A DNA stretch of 64,000 bases, from positions 930,001 through 994,000 of the forward strand of contig JANHCV010000013.1 of assembly GCA_025594325.1 (NCBI GenBank), read 5' to 3'. This stretch comes from Blastocladiella emersonii ATCC 22665 (Eukaryota; Fungi; Blastocladiomycota). Both the position numbers and the translations under genes were made by a program. Of the stretch, positions 13,382 to 22,488 are shown piece by piece (the first letter of the stretch is position 1; every line of letters begins with the position of its first letter). The notes under the pieces were generated by a model. That model worked only from the letters and a program-made list of their open reading frames with translations. It did no database searches and had not been told where the DNA came from.

Positions 13382-14500
13382 GTGCGAATCGCGTCGCTTC
13401 GGCTCCTGCACGCTCTTTCTAGCTCACCAATGAATATATCAGGAACCATGAAACTACCTGCAACCGGCGAAAGTCCAGCTGACAATGCTATTATGGTCGA
13501 CTCAGCGGAATCCCCAATCTCGTCGCCCTTGACGTGTCGCACGCTGTACCAGGGGAACCGCGTCGCAGCGTATCGGCCGTACCGGCACCTGCCCCCAGGC
13601 GACATGTTTCTCTGGCACGGTTCCAGCGTGCGGCCTGAGTTGTCCGCGTTCCTGTGCGGCTGTGGTGACCTGTCGGACCTCTCCCGGACCGTGTGCGAGG
13701 CCGCGGCCAAGGGTGCCACCGCAACGCTCTCATTCACGCTCAACAACATCCATCCCGAAGTCCTCGCACGAAACTTTCTGATACTTCATGCCATCGCCTT
13801 CGCTTCGGACGACGTACTTGACTTAGATACGCCCACGCGCTATGTCGGACAGCTCTGGTATTCGCATCTTCTCGATCCAAGCGCGCGAGAATTTTGGAAT
13901 ACTCAGCTGAGTGCCTGCATCGCGACGAACTGGGTCAAGCGCTCGGACGACTCGCCGCTGGTCATTTGCAACGAGCCGACTCAAGTCCAGTTGCGCCGCT
14001 GCTGGCGTGCTTGGCTCATTGTGGATTGGTCCGTCGACGCCTTGTTGGAAAATCGGACTGTGTATCGTCAATCGGCTTCCGCTGCAGGTCCGAATGCTAG
14101 CCAAAGTCCTTCAAACTCGGCGTCCTGCTTTATGAAACGCGTCGACGCGCAGTACCGCGGTGTACTCGAAAGCGCTCAGTCTGCGCGCACTGCGTGTTCG
14201 ATTGAGCGGCTTGCTGACTCGAGCGCTTTAACACTCGAAGGCAACGCTCAGATGGGATATGAGTCCGTCGTCAATCCGACGATGCTCTGGATCTCCATTG
14301 CCAAAGAGCCTTACTACGGCGTTGATACGAGTACATTATCCGCTCCCAACTTTTCTCAACGGAGGTGGTGCGCGAGGCCGATTCGCGCCGCTGCAACGAA
14401 CTTGCGTGGGGCGAAGGCGGACCCGGGACCGATTTCACGTGGATTCTTGAACAATTACACCGCGTTCCACATCGTACACTTTTATGCATTCTTGGCCTGA
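13382..14500 (+). CDS. DUF4470-domain protein (probably 3' truncated or spliced)
   Basis: FLCGCGDLSDL...LSFTLNNIHPEVLARNFLILH motif; paralogue of 7814-9463. Confidence 0.6.
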   Translation: MRIASLRLLHALSSSPMNISGTMKLPATGESPADNAIMVDSAESPISSPLTCRTLYQGNRVAAYRPYRHLPPGDMFLWHGSSVRPELSAFLCGCGDLSDLSRTVCEAAAKGATATLSFTLNNIHPEVLARNFLILHAIAFASDDVLDLDTPTRYVGQLWYSHLLDPSAREFWNTQLSACIATNWVKRSDDSPLVICNEPTQVQLRRCWRAWLIVDWSVDALLENRTVYRQSASAAGPNASQSPSNSASCFMKRVDAQYRGVLESAQSARTACSIERLADSSALTLEGNAQMGYESVVNPTMLWISIAKEPYYGVDTSTLSAPNFSQRRWCARPIRAAATNLRGAKADPGPISRGFLNNYTAFHIVHFYAFLA

Positions 14501-14693
14501 ATGAGTCGTCGCCCCATAACTACTGGCGCATGCTCCCGTGCGGCGCGCTCAAGAATGTCCGTCGGCTGCCCTTGCGGCAATAATCAGAATAGGCATTTGT
14601 TGCTACAATGATTTGGGTACACTAAGATGCATCGACGGCTCATAACGTTTGCGCAGCTCGATCAGGGAACAAAATCATGCGCATCATCACGGC

Positions 14694-15464
14694 TCACAAC
14701 CAGCGCGGTCGAACCGAGACTCCCAGCATGAGCTCAGCGCCCGACGCCGCGACCTGCGTGAGTCGCCGAAGCCCCGGCGCAACGAAATCGACGGCCTCGG
14801 CCGCGATCTTGAGCGCGAGCTCTTCGAGGCGCACGGGGCACTTGAACGCCGCCGCACCAGCGAGCTCGAGGCGGTACCCGATTACGCGCAGCGCGTCAAC
14901 GCCCGCGCCAACGCGGTAGTACACGGCGACCTTGTCGCCGTCAACCAAGCTCGGCGCATCGCTTAGAACCAGCGACTGCGGAACCCCGCACGCGACCAGC
15001 ATGCTGCGCAGGAACGCGTTCTGCGTCGGCTCGCGCACACGCCACGTGAACTGGACCGGAATCGTGAGCTCGGTCCCGTCGGAACGGGCGGGGATGCGTA
15101 GCTTTGCAAGAGTGCCGTTGGCGATCGCGTCCGTCGCGTTGGCTGACGGGAAGGCCCCGTATCGCACGTCGTGGAGGTCGATGGGGAACACGTTCGGGTT
15201 CGAAATTGACACGATCACGTCCCAGTTGATTGTCACGGTCGTTGGTGCCGTCGTATCAACCGAGATGGGCGAGCGCGAGAGTGGAATACGCGTTCGCACG
15301 AAGGAAACCGTAGGTTTGGACACGGTCGAAGCTAAATGGACGAGTAGCGCAACAATGAAGACGATGCCAACATTCACAAGGGTTCGCGCGTGAGAGCTCT
15401 GTCCAAGGCGGGATTGATGCGGCGCCAGCGGAATCAAGCTAAGGCCACGATCGGGTGAGACCAT
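14694..15464 (-). CDS. LEA type 2 (LEA_2/WHy-like) single-pass membrane protein
   Basis: N-terminal TM helix (LVNVGIVFIVALLVHL) followed by VSISNPNVFPIDLHDVRY...ANGTLAKLRIPAR, typical of LEA_2. Confidence 0.65.
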   Translation of the reverse strand: MVSPDRGLSLIPLAPHQSRLGQSSHARTLVNVGIVFIVALLVHLASTVSKPTVSFVRTRIPLSRSPISVDTTAPTTVTINWDVIVSISNPNVFPIDLHDVRYGAFPSANATDAIANGTLAKLRIPARSDGTELTIPVQFTWRVREPTQNAFLRSMLVACGVPQSLVLSDAPSLVDGDKVAVYYRVGAGVDALRVIGYRLELAGAAAFKCPVRLEELALKIAAEAVDFVAPGLRRLTQVAASGAELMLGVSVRPRWL

Positions 15465-15738
15465 CGACGCGTCGCGAGTGCATCGCACAACACGCACGGA
15501 GATGTGTTGCGTCTCCCACACTTGACATGAGCTTCATGTTCGCGGTTATCATCATGTTGATTCATTGCGGGTAGTAATTTCATGCTTCGCTTGGATGGTG
15601 GATACATCGAGAGACTGTCTCATGATTGACGCGTCACGCAGCTCACAACGAAATCGCGACGCGTCTAAGAAGCCCCTCACAACCCGAACATGCTGGCATA
15701 TTCCATCAACTATTTCATCAAAATAATCGGCCCAACGA

Positions 15739-18302
15739 TCACTTGCGCCAGTTGCCGCCAAGGCTTCTCTCAGGAGCGCAAACTTTTTTTGTGACCGCCA
15801 GCGACTGCTTGGCCTGCTTTTGAGCCTTGGCGTGCTGTGCCTTGGCCTGCTGCTCCGCCTTGGCCTGCGACTGCTTCTGGACCTTGGCATCCATGCAAAT
15901 CGTGCGCGCCTTGACCTGCGCCTCGATCTCCTTGCGCTGATTGCGCCAGTAGTACAGTCGCGCCACTCTGCCAATCGTTTTCGCCAGCCCATAGTGGCCG
16001 CACTCTTGCTTCGCGTGCTGCGATTCGAAGGCAAGCGAGCGCGCTGCACCCGCAGGAACGTAAAGGCGCGCACCAAACCAGATCAGACCGTCGGCGTCAA
16101 TCGAGAAATCGGGGTGTTCGCCTGGCGCGCGCATGATCGACTGCGCGAACTCGTCGCTTGAGAGGCTGGCAAGAATCGCGGCGCGCACGGGATCGTCGAA
16201 GCTCGTCTCGCCGACTTGCTCAGGAAGCGCTTCATCGGCCGGGACCGGCGGCATAAAGTCAGCGCGGCGAGAGAGCAAGGAGGCACCCGTTGAGTTGCGG
16301 CGAACGAACCGGAACTGGATCCGCTGGAAGAAGAGCGCCCACCGCGCGTGCTGCCGCGACCTGACGTGGACGGAGCAAAACACCTTTTGCTGATCCGGGT
16401 CCGCGTGCACCTGCACGCAATGACGCGCGCCCTCGAGGTGGTGCCGCCACACCTCAAACGCGACCTTGAGTGCAAGAAGCTTCTTCTCGAGCGGCGGGTA
16501 ATCAAGCTCGGAGCCCATGAACGGACGGCGAAGAAAGCCACGGGAAGCTGCGCGTGGTCAGCGCCGAACTGCAGGAGTACACACCCAATCGCGTGGTCAG
16601 ACGTGTCCACATCAAGCATGAACGGCTTGCTAGGATCAGCGGGGACCATACACGAAACAAGCTGCGCCTTTGTGGCTTCAAACGCCGTTGATTCAGCGGC
16701 GGACCAGCGCCACGGCGTGTCGGTCCGGGTCAAGCGGTTGAGCGGCGCGACGAGCGCGAGGAAGTCGGGCACAAAGCGCTTGAAGTGACGGGCGAATCCA
16801 ACGAACGCGTCCACTTTGTCCGCCGAACGAGGCGCGGGCCAGTCGAGCACCGCGGCCGCCCGCGACGCGTCCAGCTCGACGCCTGATGCAGAGACCATGC
16901 GGCCGAGAAACTCGACGCGCGAGGCGTCCCACTCGCACAAGGCCGCGTTCGCAAAGATTTGATTCTCGTCAAGTCGTTGGAGGACCGCTTTAACCACGTC
17001 AGTATGAGCAGCTTCCGCGTCCGAATAGATAAGAATCGTTTCGTGAGACACGAGCACGCCGCGGCTGGCCAAGTCGGAAAACACGTCGCTGAGGTACTCG
17101 TTGAACAGCGCAGGCGCACTCGCACGCCCAAGCGGCGTGGCGAGCCACTCAAAGTCCGTGAACCGCGCGCTGAACGCCGGGCGCCACTTGTCGCCCTTGC
17201 GGATCCGCGGAATGTTGGAGGCGCCGCGCAAGTCAAGCTTGGTGAAGATGCGTGCGCCGTGGACACGCTTGATGAGATCTTGGAGGTGCGGCTGCGCGAG
17301 ACGCGTGGCGGTACTGGCGGCATTGAGCAAGCTAAAATCAATGTAACACGGCCGCGGGCCCAACTTCTTGGCCTCGGTTAACGTAGGCGCACCGGACAGG
17401 GCGCGTGAGAAGCGAATGAACCCGCCAGCGAGACACTGGTCGATGACTTTGTGAAGCGTCGCAACCTCGGGCTGTGAAAGCATGTAGAAAGGCACGAACA
17501 GCGTATTCGCAAACTTGGTCGGCGCTCGAGGCTTCGACGCGCTGCCGCGAGTAAGGTCGGGAAGAGCGTCGGGATGGGCATCGAGCGGAGCGATGCGCTT
17601 CGAGCGCGTCGCCTGATCAGAGCCACAGATGCAGGCGAGCGCTTCGGCAAGTTCGACACGACCTCGGCGAAGCTTCAGCTGAGCGCCAACCGAGTCCATC
17701 CAATCCAGACCGAGGACGACAGGGAACGCGAGAGTATCGGCGACATGGAACTTGACGAGAGCGCACCGGACACAAGGGGTAAACATGGCGCGGTCGGTCG
17801 TGTCTGCGCGAATGTAAGGGGTGTGCTTCCGAGCGTGCTTTTGCTGCGACTCGGTACGTGGGGACATGTGACGTCCCTCGGCAAGGATGCGCTGCGTGCC
17901 GTCGATGGCGGTGCGTAATAAGTCGTCGGTGGTGATGGAGACAATCGCAAAAGCGGTGTGCGTGACGTGCAGGTCCGCCGTGGTCACCGGTTCGAGCTCC
18001 AGCCCAGCCTGCTCAGCGAGCTCGCGGCTGATGAGGTTGAAGGAAGAACCGGTACTGAGCATCATAAGCGAGAGTGCAGGCGGAGGCGCATTGTTCAAGT
18101 GCGGGCACGCGACGGTGCCTGCGAGCAGCATGTAGTTTGTCGAGGTCACCTGTGGCTCAACAAGGGTAGGATAGGTCGCAGGCGTATTGCGGGAACTCTT
18201 TTCATTCGCTTGCATGGTCTTGTTGAATTTCATGAAGTCGCCCAAGAGCTTCGGCGCATAAGCAAAGCGGTGAGCGTTTCGATTTCGCCAGCCTTGCGCC
18301 AC
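15739..18302 (-). pseudogene. Ty3/Gypsy pol-derived gene or relic (protease-RT-RNase H-integrase zinc finger), catalytically dead
   Basis: 739-aa ORF plus a frameshifted 259-aa ORF. MLSTGS replaces MLDTGA and VSHETILIYS replaces VYLDDILIFS; FTKLDLRG and DTSDHAIGCVL are retained. A Q/A/K-rich tail replaces the integrase core. No LTRs or gag seen. Confidence 0.85.
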
Positions 18303-18540
18303 AACGTGATCACCCTGTTACTTCACTCGGTACTTCGAGACGAAAGACAGCGACATGAACGACGCGTCACGCGTGCGACAAACAATAAGATGGTTTGGCA
18401 ACGCGTTGATGAGCCCCCGCGACCCAAAAATTTGTCGCCTTGCAAGGGTCTGCAACAGAAGCTAGAGAACTCACCCGCGCATGACTTGACGCATTTATCA
18501 TATATTCCATTCCGCTCCAGAGGCATGAGCGCCGGAATAA

Positions 18541-18752
18541 TCACTTGCGCGAGTGGTCGCCCGGCTTGCTGTTGGACGACGACCCGGTTTTCTTGGCCTG
18601 CTGCCTCTGCGGCGCCTGCATTGGCGACCTGGCGTTGGCCTGCTCCTGCGCTTTGGCTTGCTGGTCCGCTTCGGCCTGCTTGGCTTGATGGGCTCTGAGG
18701 GCGCGCAAACGCGCAGCGGAGGACGCAAAGATTGTAAGAAAGCCAAGCAAGG
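18541..18752 (-). pseudogene. 3' part of the Ty3-derived paralogue interrupted by the virus (5' part at 41081-41517)
   Basis: Joining the two flanks over one CAAGG gives an uninterrupted frame ...EFLADGDGVAL|LGFLTIFASS...QAKQAEADQQAKAQ..., similar to the tail of 15739-16518. Confidence 0.7.
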
Positions 18753-18778
18753 TGTCGTATCCCTTAAGGGATACGACA
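18753..18778. repeat. perfect 26-bp terminal palindrome TGTCGTATCCCTTAAGGGATACGACA
   Basis: TGTCGTATCCCTT is the exact reverse complement of AAGGGATACGACA; the same palindrome is at 41055-41080. Confidence 0.98.
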
Positions 18779-19256
18779 TGGGCTGACCCACTACCACTCG
18801 GGCTGACCAATTGCTTACCCCGAGCAGTCGGCGGGCAGTCACTTGGGCTAACCACGTGAGACCCAGTTGCTTACCCCGGGTGGTTAATAATATGTCGTAT
18901 GCCATATGTCGCATTCCCTTAGGGAACACGACACGCGGGCGGAGGCCGAAGGCCGGAGGGAGAGGGGTGGCGGGCGGGTCACGTGGATCACGTGCAGATG
19001 AACGGCGCGTGGACCCGATCTGCGAGTCGATCTGCGAGTCGATCTGCGAGTCGATCTGCGGGCAAGTCCCCGAGCCCGTCCCTGACCAACCGCTCGGGCT
19101 GACCATTGCTTACCCCGGGTGGTGGGCGGGGGGCGGCGAGCGAAGCGAGACAAAGAGCAGCGCAGCTGCGGCTACCCACTGTGCGGATCCCTGGTCTGGT
19201 CCCTGAGCACAGCTGAGAGTCCATCTGTGAGCAGTCAACGATCAGTCTGTGAGCCA

Positions 19257-19619
19257 GTCCCTGACCACCTGCCGCAAGCAACAGCTATGAACCTATCACC
19301 GCGCCGCATCCCCTTGTCCATCATTTTGCCCCATGGTGTATAAGTACATAGACGGTTTTGATGGACAAGGGGATGTGCCACGGTGATAGGTCTCTGGTTT
19401 GGGAGTGAAGGGAGAGAGCGAATAGCTGCGAGCTGTCTGAGAGTTGATCTGTGGAAGTCCGAGAGCTGTCCCTGACCACCTGCCGCGAGCAACAGCTATG
19501 AACCTATCACCGCGCCGCATCCCCTTGTCCATCATTTTGCCCCATGGTGTATAAGTACATAGACGGTTTTGATGGACAAGGGGATGTGCCACGGTGATAG
19601 GTCTCTGGTTTGGGAGTGA
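19257..19619. repeat. 211-bp-period direct repeat inside the TIR, each copy containing a 99-nt imperfect hairpin
   Basis: CCTATCACCG-N5-CATCCCCTTGTCCATC...GATGGACAAGGGGATG-N5-CGGTGATAGG at 19292-19390 and 19503-19601; mirrored in the right TIR. Confidence 0.9.
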
Positions 19620-20229
19620 GAGAGAAGGGCGAACAGCAGCGAACAGCAGTTGACTCGTTTACGGAACAGGTCGGGGAGCAGGTCATGGACACAGGCGGTC
19701 GTGGGGTGTCTTAGAGCTTGTCGTCGTCCAGGTTCAGCGTAAAGGTCGGGGACTGCTGCGGGGTGGTTGTCCAGGTGTCTGTCCATGGACAGGTCAGTGG
19801 ACACTTGTCCAGCTTGCCAGTGAGCTGTGTGGCTGGTGAACTGACCAACTGTGTGGCTGGTGAACTGACCAACGCGTGGCTGGGGAATTAGCGCTATCCC
19901 TTGCCCTATAAGAACCCCCCACCGCCCCCCTCCCCAGACCTGCTCTCCACCACCCACAACAGAAGCCATGACACAGATTCACTGCCTCAAGCCCCTGCTG
20001 AGCGCGTATAGGCCATCTTGCTGCAATGAGCCCAACGCACTCACAGGACTTTTGGTATGGGTATCATGGCCAACGTTGTGGGTGGTCAAAGTGTACGGCA
20101 CAAGACGTACAGGGCTATCTGCTGTGCACGGCAATAGACTCGGTTGCTTGTGTCAGGACATGGAGCGCTGCGCGGACTTGCTACCCGTGCAGTTGCACCA
20201 TGGACCTTTCTTCCTTTATCCTGTTGGCG

Positions 20230-20606
20230 CTGTGTGGTCAATGAGCTTTGGTCTGTGCTGGTGTCCTGGTGTGGTCAATGAGCTTTGGTCTGCGTTGGTG
20301 TCCTGGTGTGTTGGTGTCCTGGTGTCCTGGTGTGTTGGTGTCCTGGTGTCCTGGTGTCCTGGTGTCCTGGTGTCCTGGTGTCCTGGTGTCCTGGTGTCCT
20401 GGTGTCCTGGTGTCCTGGTGTCCTGGTGTCCTGGTGTGCCGGTGTACTGTGTGGTCGATGAGCTTTGGTCTGTGCTGGTGTACTGTGTGGTTGATGAGCT
20501 TTGGTCTGTGCCGGTGTACTGTGTGGTCGATGAGCTTTGGTCTGTGCCGGTGTACTGTGTGGTTGATGAGCTTTGGTCTGTGCCGGTGTACTGTGTGGTT
20601 GATGAG
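20230..20606. repeat. tandem array: about 18 x 8-bp GGTGTCCT-type units, then about 4.5 x 36-bp units
   Basis: Read directly: GGTGTCCT/GGTGTGTT units at 20297-20440; GGTGTACTGTGTGGTYGATGAGCTTTGGTCTGTGCY units at 20441-20606. Confidence 0.95.
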
Positions 20607-21070
20607 TACTTGGCAATGATGCCCTGCTCCACACTGGAACTCCGATTAGTGGTTGGCCACCATGAAAGGAGACTCCAGTGTGGGGCAGTCTGGGGGCTGC
20701 CTGGCCAGCAGCTCCTGGACGGGGGCGGAGCACCCATTGCTACGTTATGTCATTGCGGGGGGCTGTGGTCACGTGACCAGTTGCCATGGACTGTTTGGTG
20801 GTGATGATGGAAGCGCGTTCAACGCACAAGTCTTTGACTTCTTCTCTGAGCCTTCAGTAATCCATGCGCCTGCATCCTTGACATCACTCCCCTGCCTCAG
20901 CCGCCGTGCGACCACTTGGAGCCACCTCGGTGGGTCTATGACAACCGGCTCCTGCTGGCCACGGTAGTTTACCCATGCTGTTGTCACATGTACACGTACC
21001 GCCGTAACAACTACTAAGTCTTTGGTCTTCAGTCTTCAAGGTAGCATTCACTGTTAACTTGAAGGGGCGC

Positions 21071-21217
21071 TTACTCAAAGCGCACAGTGTACACAACTTT
21101 GACACCGGGTGGACTTGTGTCTCGGATGGCCATGTACTGGCTCAGGGACTTTGGCCCTGGTGTGGTTGGAGAAGGTGTACGGGGTGGTGACAAAGTGCAG
21201 CCAGTAGCCTGGTTCAT
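21071..21217 (-). CDS. putative viral micro-ORF (48 aa, P/T/S-rich), not in the ORF track
   Basis: MNQATGCTLSPPRTPSPTTPGPKSLSQYMAIRDTSPPGVKVVYTVRFE*, preceded by TATTTTCC...TAGTAAG, like other viral genes. Confidence 0.35.
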   Translation of the reverse strand: MNQATGCTLSPPRTPSPTTPGPKSLSQYMAIRDTSPPGVKVVYTVRFE

Positions 21218-21273
21218 GGTGTTGTCTCTTACTACGTCGTTGGGAAAATAAACACATTGCGCTGACGCGTTGC

Positions 21274-21384
21274 TTAGTCTACGGCGCGAATATCTTTGAG
21301 CGCGCTGGAGGTGTACCCAATGATGGCAAGGTTGGCCACAAGGCTGACCACGTTGGCTGCAAGGACAAGTGTCTCAAGGATCAT
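21274..21384 (-). CDS. putative viral small hydrophobic protein (36 aa), not in the ORF track
   Basis: MILETLVLAANVVSLVANLAIIGYTSSALKDIRAVD*, preceded by TTTTTTGCTGTGTACATGTAAG-ATG. Confidence 0.45.
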   Translation of the reverse strand: MILETLVLAANVVSLVANLAIIGYTSSALKDIRAVD

Positions 21385-21414
21385 CTTACATGTACACAGC
21401 AAAAAAGTCGCAGC

Positions 21415-22161
21415 TCAGATGAACGCAAGCTCGATGTAGAAGGGTTGCCCCAGGAAGTCAACAGAGCGCAGGTTCTCGTCCACCACGTCAACGTCAATGG
21501 AGTCTATCAGCTGCGGTGTGCCTCGCGCGTCAAAGCGAAAGTAGTTGCTCATGTGTGGCCGGTGCTCGAACCAGCTCCCAAACGGCTGTGTGACATGGAT
21601 ACTGCACAGCACACCATTGTCCTGCGGGTACGCCAAGAACATGTTGTCCGCAAGGCAGCTGCCCAGGTTGCGCGAGTACACATGCAGCAGGTTGATGGGA
21701 GAGATGTTCACCAGAGACATCCCGTACTGGACCTTGCTGTAGCCGTAGCTGCCGACAAAGCCCATGTGCGTGTTCAGCGCAGCGGCCCCTGTCCCAACAG
21801 TGAAGTCGCAGGTGTCATTGGCAATGCGCATCTTCTGTGTGGTGGAGTCAACCTGCACGTCCCATGTGCCCTGCCACAGAAGACTTGACGGCGCGTTGTT
21901 GAGCAGGCTCTTGAGCGTTGACGTGAACGTCTCAACTGTGTAGTTGCCATCAGGGACAGTGATGGTCCCTGGGAAGGTCACACTGCCACGGCTCTGTGTC
22001 AGGTACACCTTGTTGGCCTTGGAGTTGACCACGTGCCAGCTGTTACAGAGGTACGCCAAGTTGACCTTGACGCCGCTCACAGACACGGCCCGCGGGAGGT
22101 ACAGCACACCGTTCTTGAGGTCGCGGCTGCAGATGGTCAGTGTCTTGTAGGAGCCAGTCAT
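21415..22161 (-). CDS. minor capsid (penton-like) protein
   Basis: 248 aa with LTICSRD, NSWHVVN, ITVPDGNYT and IDVDVVDENLRSVDFLG motifs typical of Polinton/PLV minor capsids; adjacent to MCP. Confidence 0.8.
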   Translation of the reverse strand: MTGSYKTLTICSRDLKNGVLYLPRAVSVSGVKVNLAYLCNSWHVVNSKANKVYLTQSRGSVTFPGTITVPDGNYTVETFTSTLKSLLNNAPSSLLWQGTWDVQVDSTTQKMRIANDTCDFTVGTGAAALNTHMGFVGSYGYSKVQYGMSLVNISPINLLHVYSRNLGSCLADNMFLAYPQDNGVLCSIHVTQPFGSWFEHRPHMSNYFRFDARGTPQLIDSIDVDVVDENLRSVDFLGQPFYIELAFI

Positions 22162-22182
22162 TTAAGTAAGGCTTAGAAGATA

Positions 22183-22449
22183 TTATTGCACTGCCGTGCC
22201 TGTGTTGTTGTCGTCTGTCTCAAAGATCTCACTTGTTGGCCAGTTGTACCATGTGTGGATGTCCTGGGCCAGGTCAGCGCCCTTGGACACAAGCTGTGCC
22301 ACAGACGACACGGCAGGGTTGTGCGAGCGCTCAAAGAACTTGGACACGGTCTTGACTCCCTTGAGCACAGTGGGGAGATGCTTGTTCACAAAGCTGCCTA
22401 CCTGGCCGAGCACGTTGCTGAAGTTGGTCCACAGGTTCCTGAAGATCAT
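22183..22449 (-). CDS. small viral protein with N-terminal amphipathic helix (88 aa)
   Basis: Lies between minor capsid and MCP, has the shared upstream motif, and starts IFRNLWTNFSNVLGQVGSFVNKHL. Confidence 0.6.
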   Translation of the reverse strand: MIFRNLWTNFSNVLGQVGSFVNKHLPTVLKGVKTVSKFFERSHNPAVSSVAQLVSKGADLAQDIHTWYNWPTSEIFETDDNNTGTAVQ

Positions 22450-22488
22450 TGCGTTTAACTGTATGCAAGAAAAGAATGCACGTGGGGC

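Larger units (their letters stand above)
18753..19774 (+). repeat. left terminal inverted repeat (1022 bp)
   Basis: Reverse complement of 40059-41080. ORF translations are mirrored identically; I found one mismatch by eye (CCCCGACC vs CCCTGACC near the inner end). Confidence 0.97.

Noticed and set aside
18811-19692. ORFs inside the TIRs (mirrored at 40141-41116)
   Set aside because: Low-complexity translations of repeat DNA with no motifs; identity between the ends only reflects the TIR.
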